64,000 bases of DNA, from NCBI RefSeq assembly GCF_009914755.1, contig NC_060928.1; one strand, written 5' to 3'. The notes under the pieces are model-generated. The model was not told where the DNA came from. It did not search any database and worked only from the letters and a program-made list of their open reading frames with translations. This DNA comes from the human T2T-CHM13v2.0 reference genome, Homo sapiens. Below, one piece after another: positions 31,135 through 50,245 of this stretch (positions are counted from its first letter, which is position 1; every line of letters begins with the position of its first letter). The position numbers were made by a program, and so were the translations under genes.

Positions 31135-31940
31135 GTGAGTATTAAATGGGCTAGTAACTGAACGATAAATGAAATATTTTGTGTCTGGCACCACCTCTTT
31201 CCATTTAGGAGAAGAGGGAAGCAGGCTGAGCTTCAGTAAGTCTTGGAATACCTCTTCTGATTCCTGACTACAGAGTGTAATAACCTGAGAATCAGCCAGT
31301 TTGGGTTAAAAGTTACAGGAACAGCAGTTCTTGAAAATTTCTTTCTTGCGTGCTAACCTAATAAAACAACTAAGTGTTTACCAGATTATATGCAGTTTCT
31401 AAAATTATTTTTATGCTTAAAAACCTAAGAATGATGATGTTTTCTTTCTTAGTCTGACCAAAGCCTTCCGTCTCTCAAACTTATTTCTTCAGCTACTCTA
31501 GTTTTAACTATTTTTCAACATTATTAGGATCTCTTTTCCTTCATTCTGGGTATCTGCTTTCTCTGGACCAAGCGCTGTTCTAACTGTGGTTGTGTCAGTG
31601 GACAACATGAGTCCTTCCCTTGTGGACAGTCACTTCTTCATCCCAATCCATTAGCCTATTCTTCACTCCCTATTTTGTCCATCTTGTATTTCATAGTCCC
31701 TCATTTCAGCAATACTCTGCCAATCCTGTACTCTCCCTCCCAGCTTCTGAGTAGCGAAATCCTGCTGTGGAAGTCCTCCCACCAGAGCCCATTACCTTTC
31801 TCCATAGATTCAGAACCCAAATCTCAAATGGGCCAATGACTTAGCCTGGCAACCATAACTCATCTCTCTTACAACCTTACTAATATTTAAGCCTTCTCTA
31901 CTATCTTTGAGACTCCTGACCTCCTTCTTCCACCAAATGA

Positions 31941-32377
<437 letters not shown>

Positions 32378-34495
32378 CCTTCCTGCCTTGTTAGATTCAC
32401 AGTGCATTGCCAGGGTTCTTCTGTTCCTTCACTCTTTTGTAGAGATAGCTTCTTCCTTTGAACTGCTTCCTTCCTTTGGTTTTGAAACTTGTTCCAGTCT
32501 TCTGTTTTTTTCATGTAATTTCTTTTAAAGGATATTTTAAATTGTTAATACAGTGCCTGCTTTTTGTATCAAGTGTACCTTATGCAGATGTCTAAAGAAA
32601 AAGTAATTCCACCAATACTTCCATCTCTCTTGAGGCAAGCAGTGTGTGCGCTGTTCACGTTGCTGAAATGTTTCCTCCATACTCACACACACATGGGTTT
32701 TTCTGCACATGGACTCATAACCAGCGGTGCTTCGTTAAGCTCCATTCTGGACTCAGAGGAATGCTAAGCCTCTTGAGGTGACGGTCTGGAGCTCACCTTG
32801 TGATTAGTGTGTTGTGCCTCTGGGACTTGATATTGGTCTCTGCCAGAGAGACTGAGTTGCCTTCTATCCATCTGTTCTTGTTTCCGCTTAAATGAACTTT
32901 TCAAAATGTAAGCCTTACCATGTCATGCTCCTGTGTGCGGCACGGTCACTCTGTGTAGAATGTCATCGCTGCTTTATTCCCCTGTAGCAGTTACCCCCAT
33001 TCATTCTGTATGTTTAGCTGTTGCTGTCCCTCTCTGCCCACAGGAATATAAATTCCACAGGGAGAGCGTCTGTTGTGGTCCCTGCTGTGGCCCCAGGACC
33101 CGTGGCAAAGAGTAGGCATGCAGTAAACTTAGGTGAAAAACTGAATGAAACCCCCGGCTGAACTGAAATTACCTCAGTGAAGTTGTGAACAAGAGCTCGC
33201 TGGGACCTTTTGACATTTGATTGGTGGGTCCAGTTAGCCTAGCACAAATGCCAGCTCCCTTCCTGGTGCCTGCAGGGAAATTGCTGGCCTCTGTCATCTA
33301 ATTATACTTGACAGAATGCTGTGGTGGAGATTAGTGCTAAGTGGTTGCCTGAAGATCAGTGCGGTGAAAATGTTACAGCTGTGATTGGAAACGTAACCCT
33401 AACTGTGATAACAGCTTCACCTTCTTCGCAGGTTTTAAAGTGCTGTTTGCCTAGTCCTATTTTGAATGCTGATTAAATAAGTTTGAATTGGTTAAATTGC
33501 TTGTTTTCTCCTCCTTTAATTGTTTAAGAATTGGCAAAATTAAAAAAGTGTTTTCTGTAAATTATCTCCTTGGGGCTTAATACCGAGTAAAAAGAAATGC
33601 AAGTTACCTAAAATGTTTCCTATGTCTTATAAACTAGAACTAGAGAATCTTTAAGGAAGAAAGGTTTTGGTTTATTTTGTTTTACTATTATGGCATCCAT
33701 TTCTTATTTACTATCTAGGTATGGTATAGACGCTTAACAGAAAAGCAAATACAGTGTCAACAAAAAGTGACAGCAGGTCATTCTGCCCTTTCTTTGAAAG
33801 GGGGTCATAGGGATTTTCTGCTAAAGGGATTTAAAATTGCTAACAGGTGTTAGAAGATTGGAGATGATTGTCTGAAATAGATCTTTAAGATTGCATTGGA
33901 TTTGGAGAAGTGTTTGTGGGGGCTGGGGGGAGGGGGACAAGACGGGGTGGCCCAGTTAGCACAGTGGACTGGGCTTCCTCTCTCGGTGGCACTTAGCTGA
34001 TGGCTTGGCCTGCCCATTCTGATGTCAGTGGAATGCTGTCAAGGCTTTGCACCTGCAGAACCTGGCAGGTGCTTGTTCAACTCCATTCTGGATTCCAGAG
34101 AATGCTAAGCCTCTGAGGTGATGGTCTGGACCCACCTTTGTGACCAGTGCCCTGTGCTTCAGGGACGTGATAGTGGTCTCCTCTGGAGGTACTGAATTGG
34201 GTACTGCATTGGTCTGCAACAGGAGAGTCTCATTCTTCATACACAGAGAAGGGGCAGTACATGTGTGGGAAGAGACACAGGGAGAGCAGGGCTGGTCTGA
34301 CGGGGAGGGACAACTGCAGAGGAAACTGACTTCAAAATATCCTTCTCTATTTTTACTTGATGTTTGTAATTTTGCACTTTCTCCTTTTTGCTTTAGATTC
34401 AGAGAATTGAATGTTTTAAGCCTCTAAAATTAAAGTATGTATTAATAGATCTGTTAGTTAAGCTTACAGTTGGAAATAAATCTTAAAATAAGTAA

Positions 34496-35188
<693 letters not shown>

Positions 35189-35459
35189 AATAATGAAAAA
35201 TTTTAAGAGTCCTTAAGTATTCAGCAGTAGATAGGAAATGGCTCAGTTATTCAATATCAATTTGAGCAAATGTTGTATACTATGAAAAACAATTACAAAG
35301 ATCATGTAGAACAAGTGAAATATGAAAAATGAAAGGTATCAGAAATGAGAAAATATGAAATATATACTGTTTACAGCTATATGAAATATGTACATATATA
35401 TATGGAGAGAGAGAGAGAGACAAAAGAGAAATGACTAACAAAAATGGTTGTGTAATACT

Positions 35460-37178
<1,719 letters not shown>

Positions 37179-37460
37179 ACTAGAATTATTGTATTTCTTA
37201 AGCTAATTGATAGATACATGGATGTTTGATTTATTATTATACTTACATTGTCTTATATCTTGTAAATACCCTTGTATGTGTGTTTTTAAAATAAAGGCTT
37301 TTAAAGGAAGCAAAACAAAAATCTGAAACTTAATCTTTTCTAATTTTCATCCTTAATTTTCTTCATTCCAACCAGTATATACACAGATCCCTTGTTTTAT
37401 GTTTTGTTTTGACTGAGCTTAGCAATTAGACAACTGCTTACTTTTGTGTTAAATAGTTTA

Positions 37461-37949
<489 letters not shown>

Positions 37950-37969
37950 TTAAGGAAATAGAAAGCAAG

Positions 37970-37981
37970 GCTGACTCAGCA
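37970..37981. promoter_or_regulatory. MARE / NF-E2 / ARE-type motif GCTGACTCAGCA
   Basis: Exact TGACTCAGCA (reverse complement TGCTGAGTCA), the CNC-sMAF consensus. Function not shown. Confidence 0.35.
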
Positions 37982-39018
37982 TTGCAAAGAAGTGGGTCAT
38001 AGGGATTTATAGAGACTGGGTGTTGTAGTTCACTATCCATGTAAATGACCCCTAGCAATGATTTAGTGTTGCTGCTCCCACTACCACTAATGATGGTAAT
38101 AATGGGTAGATGCCGTTTATTGCGAGCTTTATTGTAGACACAGGCTCTTCCATCCCCACTTAGTCATGAGGAAAACAGGAGCTCAGGGTGCCCAGAACAC
38201 CATAGCCAGTTCTTGGCAGAGCTAGGATTTGAACTTAAGTGTTATCTGACTTTGGATTTTGTGCTCTTAACCCTGTTATGCTCTACAGAGACAATCAGGT
38301 GAGTTTAGCCTACAGATCATATAAGGGGAGACAGGATAGATTTAGATGTCTGAAAATTAAATTGTAGAAGGGGGTTAGAATTTGTTCTGTGTTATATACT
38401 AGAGGCAGTGGTGACAAACACAGGAAAACAGATTTCTTCTCAGTGCTAGAAAGAACGTTTTAATCCTTAAGTCTCTCCAGCATCTGTTTATGACAGTGCT
38501 TCAGCGCCCATGACACGGTGGGCTCTCAGCGAGTAGGTGGTCATTTCTTTCCTGAATGAATAAATGAGGGAGGCTGGGGTAAGCATCCTCATCACTGAAA
38601 CTAAAACAAGCAGACCCTGGGTATGCTTCTGTTTGGGCCACTACAGAAGAAATCACTATGTGGCTTAGGAAGCTGGACTAAACACCTTAAGTCCTTTTCA
38701 ACAAACACTCAGCTCCAACTGTCCGACCCTAGTTAGGATTCTGGGTTCCTTAACCCATTAGTAAATGTATTTGAACTTAATCTTTAGGAAGCCTTTTGAG
38801 CCTATACTAAAATCATTATAAAAACTAGAATGAATATTTTTGAGGGCAGGTCTCTTCTTTTTTACTGCTGTATTCCTAGTGTCTAGCATATGCTTGATGC
38901 ATAGTGTAAACCAAATCTGCATTGAATTAATTACTGTGGGAGAAAAACATACTGTGGAAGAGGCAAACCAATGAAGGCAATGAGGATGTGGTGTTGTAGA
39001 GACTTAAGAAATGGATTA

Positions 39019-40223
<1,205 letters not shown>

Positions 40224-40483
40224 CTAGTGTGGAACTGTTTTTTCCCTCTATAAAGTCAGTTATCATGAACGTGAGCAAGAAGCACTTCATATATGTGATA
40301 AATTAGTACAGTAGAATAATGGAAAGCTTCCAGTACCCCTTGGCTTCGTGACAGGCATTGTGCATGGACGCTTCCCTGCATAGCTCACTCAGTGTTCTGA
40401 ACAAACCCGTGAATTTGTAGCCTGAAAGAGATGCAAATAATTTCACTTGGATCTTTGAGCTAATTCAGTCATTTTCCCCACAG

Positions 40484-40564
40484 ACCAGAGTGAACTCCGA
40501 GCAGGAACACTTCCTCATTGTCCCTTTTGGGCTTCTTTACAGTGAAGTGACTGCATCCAGTTTG
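40484..40564 (+). CDS. ADD1: ADD1 exon 5 (TRVNSEQEHFLIVPFGLLYSEVTASSL)
   Basis: ttttccccacag|ACC...TTG|gtaaga; 81 nt. Confidence 0.95.
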
Positions 40565-40780
40565 GTAAGAATGTCCTTCTCTTTGGCAGCTTGTATGTGC
40601 AGGTCATGTTAGGTCATTCAACATCTTCAGATCAGCTAAATATGTAAAACCCAAGAAACAAGAAAGAGCCTATGTTTTATGTGGTGTGTTCAGTTAGAGA
40701 AAAACCTTTGAGAGAAGTTACAAATATTGTAATCTTGAGTTTGAATAGTTTCTAGTTAGGGTAATTTGAAGTCCTCTTGG

Positions 40781-41008
40781 GCTGGGGTGCAGTGGCTCAT
40801 GCCTGTAATTCCAGTACTTAAGTTCGAGACCAGCCTGGCCAACATGGCGGTACCCCAACTCTACAAAAAAATACCAAAATTAGCTGGGCATGGTGGTGGG
40901 AGGATTGTTTGAACCTGGGAGGTGGAGGCCGAGGTCGCACCACTGCACTCCAGCCTGGGCGACAGAGCCAGACCCTATCAAAAAAAAAAAAAAAAAGAAA
41001 AGAAAAAA
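40781..41008 (+). mobile_element. Internally deleted Alu with a 14-bp TSD
   Basis: TSD tgaagtcctcttgg at 40767-40780 and 41009-41022. Confidence 0.88.
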
Positions 41009-41052
41009 TGAAGTCCTCTTGGTATTTTACATTTTTATTTTTTTATTTTCAG

Positions 41053-41202
41053 GTTAAGATCAATCTACAAGGAGATATAGTAGATCGTGGAAGCACTAAT
41101 CTGGGAGTGAATCAGGCCGGCTTCACCTTACACTCTGCAATTTATGCTGCACGCCCGGACGTGAAGTGCGTCGTGCACATTCACACCCCAGCAGGGGCTG
41201 CG
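41053..41202 (+). CDS. ADD1: ADD1 exon 6 (VKINLQG...[11 protein letters not shown])
   Basis: ttttattttcag|GTT...GCG|gtgagt; 150 nt; contains the aldolase-II HxH motif. Confidence 0.96.
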
Positions 41203-41449
41203 GTGAGTGGCTGCCCTGGTAGCATCTCAAGGTCTAAAGCTGCTGAGTGAAAGGCACTGCACGTTTCCTCTGAATTGCCCTTGTTGTTTATAGTCAGTAA
41301 AACTAATTTTGTTGAATATAAAAAAAAAGGTGTACCACTAAGTTTGACTTTCTTAAAATAATTTTTTTTCCTTTTAAGGGGTCCATATATCCCATTTAAT
41401 TTGGAAAAACATGTAATAAGTCTGAAAATGCCTATTAGATTTAACAATT

Positions 41450-41755
41450 GGCCGGGCATGGTGGCTCATGCCTGTAATCACACTACTTCGGGATGCTGAG
41501 GCGGGAGGATTGCTGAGCCCAGGAGTTGGAGACCAGCCTGGGCAACATAGTGAGACCCCGTCTGTACAAAAAAAATTAAAAAATTAACCAGTGTGGTGCG
41601 TGCCTGTACTTCCAGCTACTTGGGAGGCTGAGGTGGGAAGATTTTGAGCCAAGGATGTTGAGGTTTCAGTGAGCTATGGTTGTGCCTCTGAACTCTAGCC
41701 TGGGTGACAGAGTAAGACCTTGTCTCAAAAAAATAAAATAACAGTAAACAAAACA
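41450..41755 (+). mobile_element. AluJ-type
   Basis: Alu consensus. Confidence 0.85.
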
Positions 41756-42196
41756 AAGTCATAGAGAATTGAGGGAGAGGTAAGATTTCAGGGTGTTGAA
41801 GACTGTGGGGACGTGCAAAATGACATCAGTAAGCAGGCATCTCGTTCGAGAAGAATGGGAAAAGAAGGAGAGGGCAAGCTGGGGTGGTGGGTGGAGGGTG
41901 CTGTGGGCTCGGGGAAGGGTGTTTGGGGTGTGGGAGACTTGAACGTGAGGACAGTCTGTGGGGACGAGCTGGGGAAAGGGAGAGGTTGAGGCCTAGAAAC
42001 CAACCTGTCCAGCTCCCCGCAGCCAACCAGCAGGACCCAGGCTGGATTGTGACGGGGAAGAAGAAAAGGAGCGGCTGGGAGAGGAGACACAGGCAGTGCA
42101 GGCTGTTACGAGGCTTAGCTTCCAAGCTGCTCAGGAACCCTCCTCCTCAGCTGTGCACCAAGCCTTACCCCTTCTGGTGTGAATGGGCCACCCTGA

Positions 42197-44292
<2,096 letters not shown>

Positions 44293-44656
44293 TGGGAAGC
44301 CTTCTTTTGAAATGCACTGAGTCCTCAGAGGAGTCTGTGGTCTGCTCCTTGCACTAGATGCAGTGCTCATTGTATAATTAAATCCAGGTTTACATAGCAC
44401 TTATATCAGTGGGAAAAAGTCTAGAAAGATGTGGATTTTCTTTTGAGGCTCTCCCAGTTTAGGGGTAGTTTTGTTTTTAAGTGTGAATTGTTAGCACTGG
44501 AAACCAAGTTTGTCTTAAGTTCATAGATTGATTTTCAAGAAGAGGACAAAAACATTTCCCTTCCCATTTTATTTCTGTGAGGAAAGCATTTACCATATCA
44601 TCAGTCATTGTGTAACCCCAGGTTTTCCTTCTTCATGGCGACCATTTGGTCTCTAG

Positions 44657-44800
44657 GTCTCTGCAATGAAATGTGGCCTCTTGCCAATCTCCCCGGAGGC
44701 GCTTTCCCTTGGAGAAGTGGCTTATCATGACTACCATGGCATTCTGGTTGATGAAGAGGAAAAAGTTTTGATTCAGAAAAATCTGGGGCCTAAAAGCAAG
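44657..44800 (+). CDS. ADD1: ADD1 exon 7 ([15 protein letters not shown]...GPKSK)
   Basis: ggtctctag|GTC...AAG|gtcagt; 144 nt. Confidence 0.95.
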
Positions 44801-44905
44801 GTCAGTAGGCATCTAATCTGGTATTTAAATTACAGCAGAAAGAAGAATAAAGCAAAGGACCAGTCTTCCTGCCCAGCTCCACAGAGCATTCATGCTTCCC
44901 CTCAG

Positions 44906-45004
44906 GTTCTTATTCTCCGGAACCATGGGCTCGTGTCAGTTGGAGAGAGCGTTGAGGAGGCCTTCTATTACATCCATAACCTTGTGGTTGCCTGTGAGAT
45001 CCAG
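44906..45004 (+). CDS. ADD1: ADD1 exon 8 ([33 protein letters not shown])
   Basis: cttcccctcag|GTT...CAG|gtaggg; 99 nt; contains the LRNHG aldolase-II motif. Confidence 0.96.
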
Positions 45005-45731
45005 GTAGGGGACAGCCATTCCAGTCACTCTGCAGTTTATTTAGATGTGTCTGGGGTTCACATAGATTTTTTTTTGATACTTATCGAGTAGGAGAGGAGT
45101 CTTTGAGCAATCTCTTTGCCAAAGATAAGCTCATGGATTTGGGACTTGATCAGGACAAATGCTGTTTCACTGATTGAAGTTGGCAAAGGATTACTGGGCT
45201 TTTCATTTCTAATTTTTAAATTTTCAAATATGTCAGTCACTACCATTTATGGAGTACTGGTGTGTATAGGCCTGGCATCAGGTGCTTAGTGTGTGTCATC
45301 GCATATGTGATGTCACGTGACCCCCACAGTACTCTTTGAAAAAGCAGGTATACAGAAGTAGAGACTCAGAGACTTGCCTGCAGCTTACAGCTGTGAGTTC
45401 CCCTCCGCTCCGTCAGCCGTTAGTTCACGTTCTCCCCTCTGCTTCTTGACTTATGTCTGTGGCGTAGTGAAGTCCCAAGTCCTTTGTAGGATCCTGAAAG
45501 GTGCTGTGTTTTCTCATTTCTCTGCCAACTTTGGTGCCCAATATTTTTGTCATGCTAAAGAAATACTTCTGAAAGTAACTTTGTGATCAGTCTGTCACTA
45601 TCCATTCTACATTTTTTATTCTTACACTCTAGAGATTTGGTTTCTTTTGAAACCTACATTTTTATTCAAGTCATCTGACCCTCTTGATCTCAGTAAGGAA
45701 CTCAAGCCATGCTGTGTGTGTTTTGGAAAAG

Positions 45732-45908
45732 GTTCGAACTCTGGCCAGTGCAGGAGGACCAGACAACTTAGTCCTGCTGAATCCTGAGAAGTACAAAGCC
45801 AAGTCCCGTTCCCCAGGGTCTCCGGTAGGGGAAGGCACTGGATCGCCTCCCAAGTGGCAGATTGGTGAGCAGGAATTTGAAGCCCTCATGCGGATGCTCG
45901 ATAATCTG
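45732..45908 (+). CDS. ADD1: ADD1 exon 9 (VRTLASAGG...MLDNL)
   Basis: tgtgtgtgttttggaaaag|GTT...CTG|gtaaga; 177 nt. Confidence 0.94.
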
Positions 45909-48138
45909 GTAAGAATGGTGCCACCACTTGATGATAAACCTTTTGTTCTAAAAGCATCAGTGTTGGTGTTCTTACAGCAAGTGCGATTGCTGTCTTTTAT
46001 GCAGTATCTGAATACCTTCACCTTCAAAGTCATGAAGAAGCACTAGGGTTGTTTAACTTCTGAGGTAAATTACAATAAAATGTAGAGGTGAAGGATTCCT
46101 GGTATTGTTTTATTTTTTAAAGATAACCTTGTGTTTGGACTCAGTGGGGACAAGAGCACAGAGAATGCGTAGGCAGCTGGATGACCAGCTGTGTCAGCTC
46201 AGTCCCCACCATCCCACAAGCAAGCGAGAGAGGTGGCACTTTTGAAATCGGTCAGTCAGGTATTTAGGCTTTTGTCTTAACAGCAAATCCTGGCTGTCTG
46301 GGGCCTGATGACTGTGTTCCATGGGTATCCACTCCCTGTCCACAGCGTGGGAGCCCCTCAGCTGCTTATTGCAGGGACACAGAGCCCGGCATGGTCCAGA
46401 AGGCGGGCTTATGGGGCCTGCAGCACACAGGGAAAGTGAGCCCACACTGTGATAGGAGGGCAGACACACAGGATGTGTTCTGTGTTACAGGGTTGCCGTG
46501 AAGAATTTCATTCTTTTGCAAGGACTGGAGAGAAAATTTTATGTGGAAGGTAGCCCTTGGAAATGACCTCAAAGAATAGGTAGGATCTTAGCCTGCGTTT
46601 GAAAGCCTGGAAAAAAACAGGATGACAGGATGAAGAGGCCACAGCACAGCTGCAGACAATGGGAGTGGGGAGATGGGAACATGCAACGTACGGTGCACCT
46701 TTCAGGTTCATCTTGACTTTACCAGGATCATTAAATACTCAGTTCTTAGAGCTGTATTAGAACACTGCCCTTGGGGTCTCAGTCCCGCAGCCACATCATC
46801 AGACACAGGGCTCTGGAACAGATCCCTTCCATGCTGCACATCAGACCTCTTAGATGGGGGTCACGATGGTCCGTCCTAACGCCACATGACCTCAAGTGGT
46901 GTAGATGTGAGGACATGTCAGTGTGGGGAAAGAAGGCCTCAGAGGGGCCAGTATCCTTGTATGCTGCCAGCCAGTACTGGACAAGTGGGCACGTTCCAGC
47001 CTAAGACAGGCGTGGCCCTTGGACCAGATCACAGATGAGATGGGTGGCTTCAGGAAGCAGGGTGGCTTCAGGAGGCAGGAAGTTTAACTTTCCTGAAGGT
47101 TTGGAATAAAAAGTATTCATAGGTCTGATTCAGGCTATGTTAAATGTTCTTACTGAAATTCTTTGCACTTGGGATGAATATTGTCCGCTAGAAAGGAGGA
47201 ACTGAGGGTTTTCTGCCTGGGCGCGATAGTCAGTCAGTGGAGTAGACTCAATCAGTGACACAGGGACGAACAGAGAAGGCAGAGTCTAGCGTAACTTTTT
47301 GAGTTCATATAATCAGTGAGGTTGATTGCATTAATTGACTGTCTACTGTTGAGTCATGAACAGGACACAGTTCTTGCCCTCAGGAGTTTATGACCTAATA
47401 AGAGAGATGGACAAACGATTCCCAAATGAGCCCTGCCCCTGTGATCTGTGCAGTCATAGGCATGATGAGAGCTTGCAGGCAGAGGTGGGTGCCGATTGGT
47501 CAAGGAGGTAGGAAGAGGAGCAAAAGCTCATGAAGAAGGCTGAAGAAGCAGTTAGAGTTGGGTGGCCAGCCAGGGTAGTGAAGCTGCAGGGACTCATAGA
47601 TGGAGAAAGCTTGAGAGTGGGGCAGCCATGGCCCAGGTGTGCGTCAGGAGCCAGGTCATCCAGCATGGCTGTGCAAGGTAAGGAGGGCTGAGGTTGGCCC
47701 AGTCACACAGCCCCTGCCTCCTGGTAAATACGGCGACATTTTGCTGCTCTTCTACTTACAGTCAGTGTGAGGGAGGAGAGAGGGGGGTCAGAATGCACAG
47801 CAGCCACCAAAGACTGTGCTGAAAGCACATCCTAGAAGGCGGAGAGGGGGAAGTCAAAATCAGGTAGAAACTCTGATTTGGTAGGGAAGGAAGATAAGGA
47901 TGAATGATTAATAAGTAAAACATTCATTACAAAAAGCATGATGAATGTTTACTCAGTGTCCTTAATGTGTACAGATTGTTTTAATATTAGAAGGCCATAT
48001 AGTTTATAAGAAATAAACTAGACAGCAATCACTAATCATAGTCCATGTTTTAATTTAGCATCGGGGTTGGCATATATGTTGTTTGCTAATAACTGAGTAG
48101 AGAATAGTTGCCAATTTCCACACTATAATATATGTTGC

Positions 48139-49515
<1,377 letters not shown>

Positions 49516-49794
49516 TTAAAAAAATAAAAAAAATATTGAAAGAGTGATTAGTAATGAAGATGGCCCCCAAAAAAGAGCAGTACCCAGAGGGGAGAGAGAA
49601 TTCTGAATTGAGAGGACTGTTTCTAGAGTACCACAGCCAGCAGGGCACAGGCCACTGAAGTGTCTTGTATGTCTGACCCTGTGCAGTCCCTCCAAGTCCT
49701 GATTCTCTTGTGATGTATTGTGAAGGTGCTGTGAGTGACTTGGTTCAGGTGCGAATCTGTTAGGTTGTTGAGCAGACAGCTCTTCAGCATCCCC

Positions 49795-50245
49795 CGTATT
49801 ACCTCTCTGTGCTGGGCAACAAATCACTACAGGCCTGGTGGCTTCGAACAGCAGCCATTTATTTCCTAGCTTCTGTGGGGCAGGAGTCCAGGCACAGCGA
49901 ACTCAACCTAGGGTCTCATAAAGGCTGCATTCAGGGTGTTGGCTAGGGCTGGGTTCTCATCAGGAGACTTGACTCAGAGGATCCACATCCAGGCTCTTCT
50001 AGACTGGGGACAGAATTCCTTTTCTTAGGGCTGAAGCATTCTTGGCAGCTTTACTTCTTCAGAGCCAGCAGTAGAGACAGAGACTCTTATAAGATAGGTG
50101 CTAAACTCTTCTGTGATACAGCCCATCATCACCTTTTGTGAATTCCGCTACTTAGAAGCAAGTCAGAGATCTCACCTGTGCTCAAGGTGGGAGGGGATTA
50201 CAGGAGCTGGGGGCCTGGGGCCACTGTGAAGTCTGTCTGTCACAC
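49795..50245 (-). mobile_element. MLT1-type LTR relic
   Basis: caacaaatcactac...ggcttcgaacagcagccatttattt...cttctgtggggcaggagtccaggcacag. Confidence 0.65.

Noticed and set aside
47041-47078. 18-bp tandem repeat gggtggcttcagga(a/g)gca, and a 13-bp pair gatgtttgctcac near 54531-54556
   Set aside because: Ordinary short slippage duplications.
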